From: Mobula hypostoma
Lineage: Eukaryota
Direction: 5' to 3'
Length of the DNA: 64,000 nt
NCBI RefSeq assembly: GCF_963921235.1
Contig: NC_086097.1
Location: forward strand, 28,646,001-28,710,000
Positions 25,301-37,742 of this stretch are shown piece after piece (positions within the stretch are counted from its first letter, which is position 1; each line of letters starts with the position of its first letter). The notes below the pieces were generated by a model that was not told where the DNA came from, ran no database searches, and saw only the letters and a list, made by a program, of their open reading frames with translations. The position numbers and the translations under genes were made by a program.

Positions 25301-25807
25301 TGGCTACTGAGATCACCGATGTTGTCCATGGGCCCCACTCAACCTTGGAAAGAATTTCTTCAGCCCCCCTACAATCTAGCTCTTTGGCTATTTTATCATG
25401 GATGGTATATGGAACCGCACAGCTTTCGTTGGATATCAGCAAGCTTCAGTTCATTATCTTTGAAATGCCATTCAAATTAATTTTATGGAATGACTGAAAC
25501 AGCCGAACCAATGTCCAGTTCGATTTTAATTCATTTGCATGCACTTCTGGTCTAAGCCATATTGCTCGTCTCGTTAGTTTTCACATTGTAAGTCTCAAGG
25601 CTACCCAGTCCTGTGTCATTCTCATCATTATTAGATTTTTCATCAATGGATTAGTGCTCTTTTTGAAACTGCAACTTGACTTCTTTTTCCCTCTTCCCTG
25701 TACAGTGCATTTATTTTTGTCTATCTGACATGCTCTCTCTATGTGTCCTACTTTGTTGCATTTTCTGCAAGCTTTGCCTTTAAACCTGCATTGGTCTGGT
25801 GTATGGA
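22342..25807 (-). mobile_element. Decayed Ty3/Gypsy LTR retrotransposon with 3' LTR (~22342-22582), 5' end missing
   Basis: Minus-strand peptides in Gypsy order: gag knuckle CRKCNKVGHIERAC; RT (VAKKNGFVRIYGD, PLPHTEDIFANLSG, EAYLQ); RNase H (LACDALPYG, PIAFAS); integrase (LVVVDA, GVPEHLVSENGPQF). Many stops and frameshifts. The AT-rich LTR ends ...cataaca on the minus strand. Confidence 0.88.
23003..23140 (+). mobile_element. Penelope pseudo-LTR fragment with intact hammerhead core, inserted in the Gypsy element
   Basis: CTGATGA(23008)-ggggtcttggccc-GAAAC-GTC, followed by the gatgctg..tggcctgctgcgttccaccagcatttt tail shared with 58400-58460. Confidence 0.8.
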
Positions 25808-25888
25808 CCAGACAGGGGAAGACCACGGCGATCCGGTCTCTGGCTCTGAGCCTGGTTCCGTGGTGTAGAAGGGAGAGAAGAAAATGCG

Positions 25889-26732
25889 TTAGTCATAGGG
25901 GATTCAATAGTGAGGGGAACAGACAGGAGGTTCTGTCAGCCTGATAGAGATACCTGCATGGTGTGTTGCCTCCCAGGTGCCAGGGTATGGGATGTCTCAG
26001 ATCGGGTGCAGAGTATTCTGAAGGAAGAGAGCAAACAGCCAGAAGTCTGGGTACATGCTGGTACCAAAGAAAGAAAGAAAGAAAGACAGACAGACAGACA
26101 TCCGTTAGTCTTGCGAGACCATGGATCTGCACCTGGAAAGTCTTCATTCTCCAGGGCGCAGGCCTAGGCAAGGTTGTATGGAAGACCGACAGTTGCCCAT
26201 GCTGCAAGTCTCCCTTCTCCACGACACCGATGTTGTCCAAGGGAAGGGCAAGGGCCGATACAGCTTGGCACTAGTGTCGTTGCAGAGCACTGTGCGATTA
26301 AGTGCCTTGCTCAAGGACACAACACGCTGCCTCGGCTGGGGCTTGAACTCACAACCTTCAGATCGCTAGTTGAATGCTGTAACCACTTGGCCACCTGCCC
26401 ACACCAATGACATAGGTAGAAAAAGGGAGGAGGTCCTGAAGAGAGAATTCAGGGAGTTGAGTAGGAAGCTGAAAAGCAGGACCTCCAGTGTGGTAATCTC
26501 AGGACTGCTGCCTGTGCCACGTGCTAATGAGCGCAAGAATAGCATGATCAGGCATGTTAAAGCATGGCTAAGAGACTGGTGTAGGGGACAGGGCTTCGGG
26601 TTCCTGGATCACTGAGGCCTCTTCTGGGGGAGATATGACCTGTACAAAAAGGACAGGTTACACCTAAACCCAAAGGGGTCCAATATCCTAGCAGGCAGGT
26701 TTAATAGAGCTGTTAGGGAGGGTTTAAACTAA
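25889..26732 (+). pseudogene. CR1 ORF1 SGNH/GDSL-esterase domain, split by a SINE and containing a stop
   Basis: VIGDSIVRGTDRRFC...CCLPGARV...VHAGT|NDIG...VVISGLLPVP...DRLHLNPKG: blocks I (GDS), III (GTND) and V (DxLH) typical of CR1/L2 ORF1 esterases. Confidence 0.85.
26068..26402 (-). mobile_element. tRNA-derived SINE with CORE-like segment
   Basis: A box tggccaagtgg, B box gagttcaagcc, segment tgtgtccttgagcaaggcacttaa, (tctg)n(tttc)n tail and accaa duplication at 26063 and 26403. Confidence 0.85.
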
Positions 26733-26882
26733 TTTGGTAGGGGGATGGGAACTGGAGTGATGGGACTGAAGATGGGGAAAACAGAAATAAATCAAAGATA
26801 GCGTGCAACAGAGATGATAGAAAGGACAGGCAGGAGATGAGACAATCATGGCCAGTGGGGTGAGTTACAGGGCAATCGATAC

Positions 26883-29600
26883 ATGGTACAGTTAAAACAA
26901 AAAGCAACAAATACTGGACTGAAAGTGTTGTATTTGAATGCATGCAGCAAAAGAAATAAAGTGGACGATCTTGAAATTCAGCTACAGATTGGCAAGTATG
27001 ATGTTGTGGCCATCTCTGAAACTTGGCTAAAGGATGGCTGCCATTGGGTGCTGAACGTCCAAGGATATACGGTGTATCGGAAAGATAGGTTAGTAGGCAG
27101 AGGGGGTGGTGTGACCCTGTGTATAAGGAGTAATATTAAATCATTAGAAAGGGATGACATAGGAAGGTGAAGAGCCTCTATGGGTTGAGTTTAGAAAAAG
27201 CAAGGGTAAAAGGATCCTAATGGCAATTGTATACAGGCCTCCAAACAGCAGTCAGGATGTAGATTACAAATTACAACAGGAGATAGAAAAGGCATGTCAG
27301 AAGGGCAATGTCATGATAATCGTTGGGGATTTTAGCATGAAAGTGGATTGGGAAAAACAGGCCAGTACTGGACCTTGAGAAAGAATTTGTAGAATGTCTA
27401 AGGGATGGCTTTTTAGAACAGCTTGTTGTTGAGCCCACTCGGGGATCAGCTGTGCTGGATTGGGTGTTGTGCAATGATCCAGAGGTGATAAGAGAGCTTA
27501 AGGTTAAGGAACCCTTAGGGAACAGTGATCACAATGGCATGAGAGGGGAACTGGCCAAGGTCGACTGGAAAGGGACACTGGCAGGAAGGACAGCACAGCA
27601 GCGATGGCTGGAGTTTCTGAGAAAAATGAGGGAAGTGGAAGACAGATACATTCCAAATAAGAAGAAATTTTCAAATGGAAGAAGGACCCTACTGTGGCTG
27701 ACAAGTGAATTCAGAGCCAAAGTAAAAGCAAAAGAGAGGGCATACAAGGAAGCCAAAGCCAGTGGGAAGATAGAGGATTGGGAGGCTTTTAAAAACTTGC
27801 AGAAGGAAACTAAGAAGGTCATTAGGAAGGAAAAGATGAATTATGAAAGGAAGCTAGCGACTAATATCAAAGAAGGTACTGAAAGCTTTTTTAAGTATAT
27901 AAAGGGTAAAAGAGAGTTGAATGTAGATATAGGACCAATAGAAAATGATGCTGGTGATATTGCAGTGAGAGACGCAGAGATGGCAGAGGAACTGAATATG
28001 TATTTTGCATCAGTCTTCACAGTGGAAGACATCTGCAGTGTAACGCTCATTCAAGAGTGTCAGGGAAGTGAAGTATGTGCAGTGAAAATTACGACTGAGA
28101 AGGTGCACAGGAAGCTTAATGGTCTCAGGATGGATAAATCTCCTGGACCTGATGGAATGCACCCTCGGGTTCTGAAGGAACTGGCTGGAGAGATTGCAGA
28201 GGCATTAACAATGATCTTTCAAGAACCAATAGATTCTGGCAGTGCACCGGATGACTGGAAAATTGTAAATGTTACTCCACTATTTAAGAAGGGTGGGAGG
28301 CAACAGAAAGAAAACTATAGACCTGTTAGCTTGACATCAGTGGTTGGAAAGTTGTTGGAATTGATTGTTAGGAATGAGATTATGGAATACCTGGAGACAC
28401 ATGACAAGACAGGCCAAAGCCAGCATGATTTCCTGAAAGGAAGATCCTGCCTGACTAACTTACTGCAATTTTCTGAGGAAATTACAAGCAGGGCAGACAA
28501 AGGAAATGCAGTAGATGTGGCGTACCTGGATTTTCAGAAGGCCTTTGACAAGGTGCTGCACATGAGGCTGCTTAGCAAGATAAGAGCCCATGGAATTACA
28601 GGGATGTTACTAGCATGGGTGGAGCATTGGGTGATTGGCAGAAAACAGAGAGTGGGAATAAAGGGATCCTATTCTGGCTGGCTGCTGGTTACCAGTGGAC
28701 TTCCACACAGGTCAGTGTCCGGACCGCTGCTTTTTACAATGTATGTCAATTATTTGGACTACGGGATTAATGGATTTGTGGCTAAATTTGCCAATGATAC
28801 AAAGATAGGTGGAGGAGCAGGTAGTGTTGAGGAAACAGACAGCCTGCGGAGAGACTTAGATAGTTTAGGGGAACAGGCAAAGAAGTGGCAAATGAAATAC
28901 AATGTTGGACAGCGTATGGTCATGCACTTTGGTGGAAGAAATAAACAGGCAGACTATTATTTAGATGGGGAGAGAATTCAAAATGCAGAGATGCAAAGAG
29001 ACTTGGGAATCCTTGTGCAGGATACCCCAAAGGTTAACCTCTAGGCTGAGTTGGTGGTGAAAAAGGCAAATGCAATGTTGGTATTCATTTCTAAAGGTAT
29101 TGAATATAAAAGCAGGGATGTGATGTTGAGGCTCTATAAGGCACTTGTGAGACCACACTTGGAGTATTATGTGCAGTTCTGGGCTCCTTATTTTAGAAAG
29201 GATATACTGACATTGGAGAGAGTTCAGAGAAGATGCACAAGAATGATTCCAGGAATAATGAAAGGGTTACTGTATGAGGAATGCCTGGCAGTTCTTGAGC
29301 TGTATTCCCTGGAAATCAGGAGAATTGTGGGGGTGGGGGGGGGGGGGAAATCCCATAGAAACATTCTGAATGTTAAAAGGCCTGAACAGATTAGATATGG
29401 CAAAGTTATTTCCCATGGTAGGGGAGTCTAGGACAAGAGGGTATGACTTCAGGATTGAAGGATGTCCATTTAGAACAGAGATGCAGAGAAATTACTTTAG
29501 TCAGAGGGTGGTAAATCTGTAGAATCAGTGGCTGTGGAGGCCAAGTCATTGGTGCATTTAAGGCAGAGATAGATAGGTTCTTGATTAGCCAGGGCATTAA
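26883..29600 (+). pseudogene. CR1 ORF2 (APE endonuclease + reverse transcriptase), disrupted
   Basis: Endonuclease motifs LYLNACS, VVAISETWL, YRPP, IVGDF, GNSDH. RT motifs KSPGPDG, NYRPVSLTS, YLDFQKAFDKV. The 530-aa ORF 27452-29044 has the catalytic FADD changed to FAND, a premature TAG at 29042 and a frameshift in the G-run near 29340. Confidence 0.9.
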
Positions 29601-31495
29601 AAGGTATGGGGATGACTGGAAGAATTGGATCAGCCCATGATTGAATGGCGGTGCAGACTTGATGGGCTGAATGGCCTACTTCTGCTCCTTTATCTTTTGG
29701 TCTTATGGTATGTGAGCCCTTGCCACAATGGTAACACAATTTGTTCAGCCAGGAAGGTTACTGTTTAGATGTTACAATTTTGTTGACACTCACTTTAATT
29801 CCTGACTGCAACTCAAGAACATCTCTGGCTGCTAGTCCATTGATACAGTGATTTCAACTGCTCTTTTAAATGTGACTTGTACTTCAGTTAGGAACAATTT
29901 TAGAATGCTTTCTTGTAAAATTCCACAGACTAAACAATCTCTCAGTGCTGCATTAAGCCTACTACTGACCTGACAACGCTCAATTTCTTCAATTCAGCCA
30001 CGTAAGCTGAAATGGACTCCCCTGCCTTTTGATTCCGCTTATGCAACCTAAAGTTTCTGCAATCAACAATGTTTTTTTTGTTCTAAGTGGACTCGCTTTC
30101 AAGGGCTCTTCACCTCATGTTCTCGATATTTATTGCTTCTTTATTAATTATTATTGTTGATTTTTGTATTTGCACATGTTGTCTTTTGCACACTGGTGAA
30201 CGTCCAAATTGGTGCAGTCTTTTGTTGATTCTAATATGCTTATCATTCTGTTATGGATTTATTGAGTATGCCTGCAAGAAAATGAATCTCAGGGTTGCAT
30301 ATGGTGACATATATGTACTGGTGATAATCTGGGAATCGATGGGCCCCTGGCCTAATTCTGCTCTGATGTTCTTTGGTCTAATAGTGATCTTCCTAATCAA
30401 GTTCTTGAATCCGAACCGTACCTCAGCAGTGGAATACTGTACTGCACCCCACCTCTTGCACTACCGCCGACTTGTCTCTACTTGATCATGGGTCTGAGGA
30501 GATTTGGTATGTCACTACAGACTCCAGCAAATTTCTACAGATGAAGAGCACTCTGATCGGTTATATCACCACCTGGTATAAAGGGGGGCAATGGACAGGC
30601 ATGGGGGAAAAAAAGGGGTGTGCAAATTCAGCGGGCTCCATCATGGGCACCAGCCTCCCCAACATCAAGGACATCTTCAAAAGTCAATACCTCAAAATGG
30701 TGGCATCCATCATCAAGGGCCCCCCACCACTCAGGGCACCCTCTTTTCTCAATGCTATCAGAGCAGTCACACACGCTCAACATTTTAATAACAGCTTCTT
30801 CCCCTCCACCATCAAATTTCTGCATGAACACCATCTCACTACTTTAATTGGTTGTATATTTTATGTATTGTGACTGTACTGCTGCTGCAAAACAACATAT
30901 TTCACAGCATACATTAGTGATCATCAACCTGATTCTGATTTCTGAAATTCTTTACCATTTCTTTAAATTTACAAGAGAACCTGACTGACCCCAAAGAGCA
31001 GGTTTTGTGAGTGGTTAGTGAGTGTGAATCCATCAGGATTTTATCACTTGGTGGTGTGAATGGCTGGCTATTAACATTGCTGGGTTCTGCTGCAAAGCAT
31101 GTGTGAAACATTTCCTTTTACAAGAATAGGAAGCCAAGCCTTGACGAGCTGAGTGTCAGTTATTATCAGTTACCATAACCTGTACCAGCTATGCTACTAA
31201 TCTGGCAAAACTGCAAACCAATTCTCATCACTCCAAGCAGCCTTGACACTGATTACAAAAGGCAATCTGAGTGCTGACCCCAAGAAAACAGCCACAAAAG
31301 CAGTTGGATTATAAAACCCATAAACTTTATGATGGAGAGATGACTCAACAAGAGAGTAAAGAGAGCTTTTGCCACATCAGCTTTTATAAATCAATGTGTC
31401 AAGTACAGAAGTTGAGATATTAAATTGAAGGAGTACAAGACATTTGTGAAATTTGGGGTATTGTGTGCAGTTCTGGTCACCTACCTACAGGAAAT

Positions 31496-32236
31496 ATACA
31501 TAGACATAGACTAGACATAGACATACTTTATTGAATCCCGGGGGAAATTGGTTTTTGTTACAGTTGCACCATAAATAATAAATAGTAATAAAACCATAAA
31601 TAGTTAAATAGTAATATGTAAATTATGCCAGGAAATAAGTCCAGGACCAGCCTATTGGCTCAGGGTGTCTGACCCTCCAAGGGAGGAGTTGTAAAGTTTG
31701 ATGGCCACAGGCAGGAATGACTTCCTATGACGCTCTGTGTTGCATCTTGGTGGGATGAGTCTCTGGCTGAATGTACTCCTGTGCCCACCCAGTACATTAT
31801 GTAGTAGATGGGAGACATTGTCCAAGATGGCATGCAACTTGGACAGCATCCTCTTTTCAGACACCACCATCAGAGAGTCCAGTTCCATCCCCACAACTTC
31901 ATTGGCCTTATGAATGAGTTTGTTGATTCTGTTGGTTTCTGCTATCCTCAGCCTGCTGCCCCAGCACACAACAGCAAACATGATAGCACTGGCCACCAGA
32001 GACTCGTAGAACATCCTCAGCATCGTCTGGCAGATGTTAAAGGACCTCAGTCTCCTCAGGAAATAGAGACGGCTCTGACCCTTCTTGTAGACAGCCTCAG
32101 TGTTCTTTGACCAGTCCAGTTTATTGTCAACTCGTATCCCCAGGTATTTGTAATCCTCCACCACACTGATCCCCTGGATGGAAACAGGGATCACCGGTAC
32201 CTTAGCTCTCCTCAGGTCTACCACCAGCTCCTTACA
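31496..32236 (-). mobile_element. Rex1/Babar-type LINE 3' end inserted in a CR1 fragment
   Basis: Open frame KELVVDLRR...YKYLGIRVDNKLDW...RLYFLRRLRSF...SFLPVAIKLYN, with a (tatgtc/tagtc)n tail near 31496-31525. Confidence 0.85.
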
Positions 32237-32789
32237 AATAAGATTGAAAGAGCACAGAAAAAATTTATAATCATGTGCTAGGAATTGAGAACCCAAAGTT
32301 TAGGGAAAGGCTGAATAGGTTATGATTTTATTCTCTGGAGCGTAAGAGAATGAGGGAAGAATTGATAGAGGTATACAAAATTATGAGGGGTATAGATAGG
32401 GTAAATGCAAGCAGGCTTTTTCCACTGAGGTTGGATGAGACTAAAATTAGAGGTCATGAGTTAAGGGGAACCCAAGGGTGGGACTTCTACACTCAGAGGG
32501 TGCTGCGGGTGTGGTCAGTGGAAGTAGTGGATGCAGGTTTGACTGCAACATTTAAGCGAAGTCTGGGTACGTACATGGATGGGAGGGTTATGGAGGTGCA
32601 GATCGATGGGACCAGGCACGACAACATTTCAGCATAGACTAGATGGCCCAAAAGGCCTGTTGCTGTGTGCAGCGCTCTACAACTCTGTATAACTAGCTCA
32701 CCATCCTCCCCAGCAGAAAACATGCTGTATTCACATCACTGAGCCGACACCCTGCATTTAAATGCAGTTAGAAAGAAAGCCTCTGCTTC

Positions 32790-33460
32790 CCTAGAAGTTT
32801 GCAAAGATTCAGCATGACATCTAAAATTTAGACTATCTTCTACAGATGTGTGGTGGAGAATATATTGACTGGTTGCGTCACAGCCTGGTATGGAAACACC
32901 AAATCCCTTGAATGGAAAATCCTACAAAAAGTAGTGGATACAGCCCAGCTCATCACAAGTAAAGGCGCCCCCACCACTGAGCATAACTACACGGAGCACT
33001 ATTGCAGGAAAGCAGCATCCATCATCAGGGACCTCCACCACCGAAATCACACTCTCTTCTCACTGCTACCATCAGGAAGAAGGTACAGGAGCCTCAGGAC
33101 TCACACTGCCAGGTACAGGAACAGTTATTACCCCTCAACCATCAGGATCTTAAACCAGCGGGGATAACTTCACTCACCCCATCACTGAACTATTCCCACA
33201 ACTTATGGACTCACTTTCAAGGACTCTTCATCTCATGTTCTTGATATTTATTGCTTATTTATTTATTATTATTATTATTTCTTTTTTTTATATTTGCAAA
33301 GTTTGTTGTTTTTTGCACATTGGTTATTTGTCTCCACTATTGGGTGCATCCTTCATTGATTCTGTTTACTGTTTATTGAGTATGCCCGCAAAAAAATGAA
33401 TCTCAGTGTTGTATATGGTGACATATATGTACTTCGATAATAAATTTACTTTGAACTTTT
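32790..33460 (+). mobile_element. Rex1/Babar-type LINE 3' fragment
   Basis: ENILTGCVTAWYG...LLPSGRRYRSLRTHT...NSYYPSTIRILN, tail gataataaatttactttgaacttt. Related pieces near 8340-9750, 30085-30900, 40030-40745, 41565-41940 and 62930-63220. Confidence 0.8.
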
Positions 33461-36256
33461 AGAACTTTGGGGAAAAAGAGAGGCTCAATAAAAGCTTCTC
33501 AGCTCATTAGCATATGTTTACAGGGTAAATGCCATGAGCCACAAACGGCTTAAAACTCTGTGCTTCTGAGAGATCTATTACACAGGAAGTCGATGTGAAA
33601 TGACTAAATAGCTTCTCACTTTTGAAGGTGGAACATAATCTGGGTTTCACAGCAGAAGAGGATGAAGCAGAAACACTGCCAGCTGAATATCTCACAAGAG
33701 AGCAGGACAGAACCAGCCTTTATTACGGAAACCGGCCTCTCCTCCACAGACGCCATCTATACTTCTCGCTGCCTCAGAAAATCAGTCAACATAAAAGGCC
33801 CCACCTACCCCCTCTTCTCTCCCCAGAAACACAGGAGCACAAGGGGAGATTTGATAAAGGGCGTGTTTCTGTGCTGTAATACACTATGACTAAAATGCTG
33901 TCTGACTTTGAGCTTTGCCAGGATTTTCTGCATTTTGCTTAATCCAGTAATGTTGATTTTGTTTATTCCTTCAAAGAATGTGACGTCAACTCAACTAGTT
34001 CTTTAAAACTCAGATCAGTAGTTGCTTACTAGACACAAGTGAGAAAGAACACAAATCCCAAGGAGGCCAAGTGGAGTTGTGGTCAAGATCAGCTTTATAA
34101 TCTTATTGAATATCAAAATAATAGGTATAATGTTCAAAAGGCACCTGGACCGGTACTTGGAGAGGTTTAGAGGGATACAGGCCAAATAATCTTATGATCT
34201 TGCACTTTATCATTTACCCACATTGCACTTTTTCGTTAGTTTTCAGCAGCTGGGTATATTGTGCCTGATCTTATCATCGAACAAAAACTGCTTGCTATCT
34301 CAGTAAATCAGTCAACATAATCAAGAGCCCCACACATCCTGGGCATTCTCTCTTCTCCCCTCAGGCGGGAGATACAAAATCCAAAAGCATGTACTCTTGG
34401 ACGGACTTGTATGGTGAGATGGGCTCTTGACCTCACAATTTACTTCATTGTTATCTTGCACTTTATAATTTAACTGCAGCGCACTTTTTCAGTAGCTGTT
34501 GCACTTTATTCTGCACTGTGTAATGATTGGATCTGTACATACATTATGCACAGTAAGACGAGATTTTTATTTCATCTTGGTACATACGATAATAATAAAC
34601 CAATACCAAACAGAACAGCTTGGATGGGATCCTAAACGCAAGGAAATCTGCAGATGCTGGAATTTCAAGCAACACACATCAAAGTTGCTGGTGAACACAG
34701 CAGGCCAGGCAGCATCTCTAGAAAGAGGTACAGTCGACGTTTCAAGCCGAGACCCTTCTTGACTTTTATGTGTGTTGGATGGGACCCTAGTTGGCATGGA
34801 CCAGATGGGCTGAAAGGCTTGTTTCCATGTTATATGACTCTGACTTTATAGGAGGAGTTCTGTAAGGTGAGTAGGAACAAGAGATTTGAAGGTAATTCCT
34901 TGTTTATGACATCGGTCTCCTGCCGGAAAGGTTGGAAGATGTGAACCTTTACAGGATGGAAAACTAATCTTAATTGTGAGAGGAAACGTTTAGCCCTGAT
35001 AAACTTGGTAACCCACAAATGCTGAGTTAACTGTGGCACTGAACCCAATGGAATTCACTGAAGTGGAATAAACTCCAAAGCTCTTCGATGTGAGATCCCA
35101 GTGCCAGCATGCATGGGCCGAGCCGATCTCTTTACTCCAATTATGTGGCTACAGCTGTCTGCACAGAGGAAGAGGCATGCCAAGCAGTCAACACAGCGAC
35201 TAACAAACCAGAAGCAGCAATTTCCTGCAAACAACAGTTTCATAATAGAAGCATCAGTCTCATTATAGACTTCCAGAATGCAAATAAGCCATTTAAGCGG
35301 CCAGCCACTTGGAGCAATGGTAAACACTGAGGCTTTGTTACTTCCCATTGATTATCCAGTTACTTGTGCCCAGCCCCATGAGGACATCATCACAGTCATT
35401 TTATTACACTGTGCACCTTCAAAAAACAAGACCAGCATTCCAGTAACATTTCCCAGACTCAACAACACAAAACTGCTCTACAAATATCATAACTCCTTTT
35501 TGAGGTGTGATCACCACTGAACATCGACTTCTCCAACTCCCAGTAATTTCTTCCCCTCTTCCCCTTCTCTCTTTTTCCATTCCCCATTCTGGTTACCCTC
35601 TCAGATCTTCTCTTCTCCTCACCTGCCCATCACCGCCCCTCTGGTTCCCCCCTCCTCCTCTTTCTCCTATGGTTCACTCTCCTCGCCTATTAGATTCCTC
35701 CTTCTTCAGCCCTTTACCTCTTCCACCTATCACCTGACGGCTTCTGACTTCATCCCCCGCCCCTCCGCTATCCACCCACCTTCCCTCTCACTGGTGTCAC
35801 CATAAGACCATAAGATATAGGAGCAGAATTGGGCCATTTGGCCCATCAAGTCTGCTCCGCTATTTCATCACAGCTGACGCAATTTTCCTCCAGCCCCAAT
35901 CTCCTGCCTTTGCTCTGAATCCCTTCATACCCTGACCAATCAACCTATCACCTCTCAGCTTCTTACTTCACCCCTCTCCCCACCCACCCACCTTCCCTCC
36001 TTCACCTGGTCTTGTGTATCACCTAAAATTCAGGAGGAACACAGTCCTGCAACATTTACGGAGGAGAATAAAAAGTCGATGTTTCAGGCCAAGACTCTTC
36101 ATCAGGTGCTTATGGTTTGCTGCTCCATTGCAGAGTCTCTTTGAATTCTGCCTGACCTGCTGAGTTCCTCCAGTGTTTTGTGTGTGTGTGTGTTGCCCTC
36201 TCATTGTTTTATTGTTCATTTTCAAACACATAAATTCTGGATAATTTATGCCAATT

Positions 36257-36558
36257 ATGTTGGCGCGTGGCCAGGTGGTTAAGGCATTGGTCTAGGGATC
36301 TGAAGGTCGCTAGTTCGAGCCTTGGCTGAGGCAGCATGTTGTGTCCTTGAGCAAGGCACTTAACCACACATTGCTCTGTGACGACACCGGTGCCAAGCTG
36401 TATGGGTCCTAATGCCCTTCCCTTGATCAACATCGATGGTGTGGAGAGGGGAGACTTGCAGCATGGGCAACTGCTGGTCTTCCATACAACCTTGCCCAGG
36501 CCTGCGTCCTGGAAACCTTCCAAGGCGCAAATCCATGGTCTCACGAGACGGATGACTA
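36257..36558 (+). mobile_element. Second copy of the same tRNA/CORE-like SINE
   Basis: Collinear with 26068-26402; TSD tatgccaatt at 36247-36256 and 36559-36568. Confidence 0.85.
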
Positions 36559-36811
36559 TATGCCAATTTAAGTTTACATTAGCTTATATTTGTTGTCATC
36601 TTGTAATCCACTGTGCTGCTGCAGTAAGTTAACTTTATAGCCTGTTAACTTTAAGTTAAGTTGTATACTTTAAGTTAACTTTATAACATTTATACCCTGT
36701 ATGTATCTGCCTATGACAACAATAAACTTGAACATTTTCAGGCTTTATTTCAAATATCCAGAGGAAAATGTGCCCCAGGACTCTCAACAACACACACCAC
36801 GGTATGTGGGC

Positions 36812-37115
36812 GGTACAGTACTGTAGCTGGTAGTGCACTGCTATTACAGGTCGGGCCATTCTGGAATTCAGAGTTCAATTCCAGTGCCGTTCTGTAAGGA
36901 GTCCCCGTACGTCCTCCCCGTGGAATGCACAGGCTTTCCCCAGGTGCTCCGGTTTCCACCCACAATCCAAAGACCTACCACATAGGTTAGTTGGTCATTG
37001 CAAATTGTCCCGTGATTAGCTTAGGGTTAATTGGGGCTGTGGGGTTGCTGGGGCAGCAAAGGTCAAAGGGCCCTTAGGGCCTAGTCCATGTTGTATCACT
37101 AAAGTAAAAATAAAA
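36812..37115 (+). mobile_element. V-SINE copy
   Basis: tRNA-like head with gagttcaattcc, then ccaggtgctccggtttccacccacaatccaaagac. Confidence 0.7.
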
Positions 37116-37249
37116 ATACCACAACGATGAAGCAACAATTCAGGCTGCTTCCCGAACTCCCACATTAATCCCTCAGTGAGTTCTTTCTTGACTGCTTGCT
37201 TCAACACTAATGGTCCTGGTTTCATCCAACACAAGGCAAACTATCTGAC

Positions 37250-37742
37250 AAGAGATTCTCCAGATGCTGGAAATCCAGAGCAGCACACACAGAACGCTGA
37301 AGGAACTCAGCTGGTCGAGCAGCACCTATGGAGTTGAGTAAACATTTGACTGTTTAGGCCGAGACCCTTCATCAGGACTGGAAAGGAAGGGGGAAGAAGC
37401 CAGGATAGGGTGGTGGGTGGGAAAGGAATACAAACTGGCAAATGATAGTCGAGACCAGGTGTGGGGAAAGGTGGTTGGGTGGGGGACAGGGATGAAGTAA
37501 AAAGCTGGAAGGTGATAGGTAGAAAAGGTAAAGAGCTGAAAAAGGAGGAATATGAGAGAAGAGAGTGGACCATAGGAGAAAGGGAAAGAGGAGAGGCACC
37601 AGAGGAGGCGATGAACAGGTGAGAGAGCCAGAATGGGGAGTGGAAAAAGAGACAAGGGAGAGGGGGGAGAAGTTACCAGAAATAGGAGAAATCAACGTCC
37701 ACCCAGATGGAATATGAGGTGTTGCTCCTCCAGCCTGAGAAG
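37250..37742 (-). mobile_element. Penelope 3' end fragment
   Basis: Reverse complement of the GIY-YIG C-terminal sequence (RLEEQHLIF), the CT-rich UTR and the pseudo-LTR with a decayed hammerhead. Confidence 0.75.

Larger units (their letters stand above)
25808..29712 (+). mobile_element. Near full-length CR1-clade (HER1-like) LINE, inactive
   Basis: Collinear ORF1 esterase, APE endonuclease, RT, C-terminus and 3' UTR ending in a tcttttgg-tcttatgg type repeat tail. Interrupted by a SINE at 26068-26402. Confidence 0.92.

Noticed and set aside
27452..29044. 530-aa ORF as an active or domesticated reverse transcriptase
   Set aside because: Catalytic DD is mutated to ND, the endonuclease is broken upstream and there is a premature stop.
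31652..32296. 214-aa ORF as a host gene
   Set aside because: It is the C-terminus of a Rex1/Babar LINE ORF with the LINE tail directly downstream.
33622..33700. Acidic peptide VEHNLGFTAEEDEAETLPAEYL after an AG as a + strand exon
   Set aside because: No donor site, it runs into a Rex fragment, it is antisense to the host gene, and I recognise no homology.
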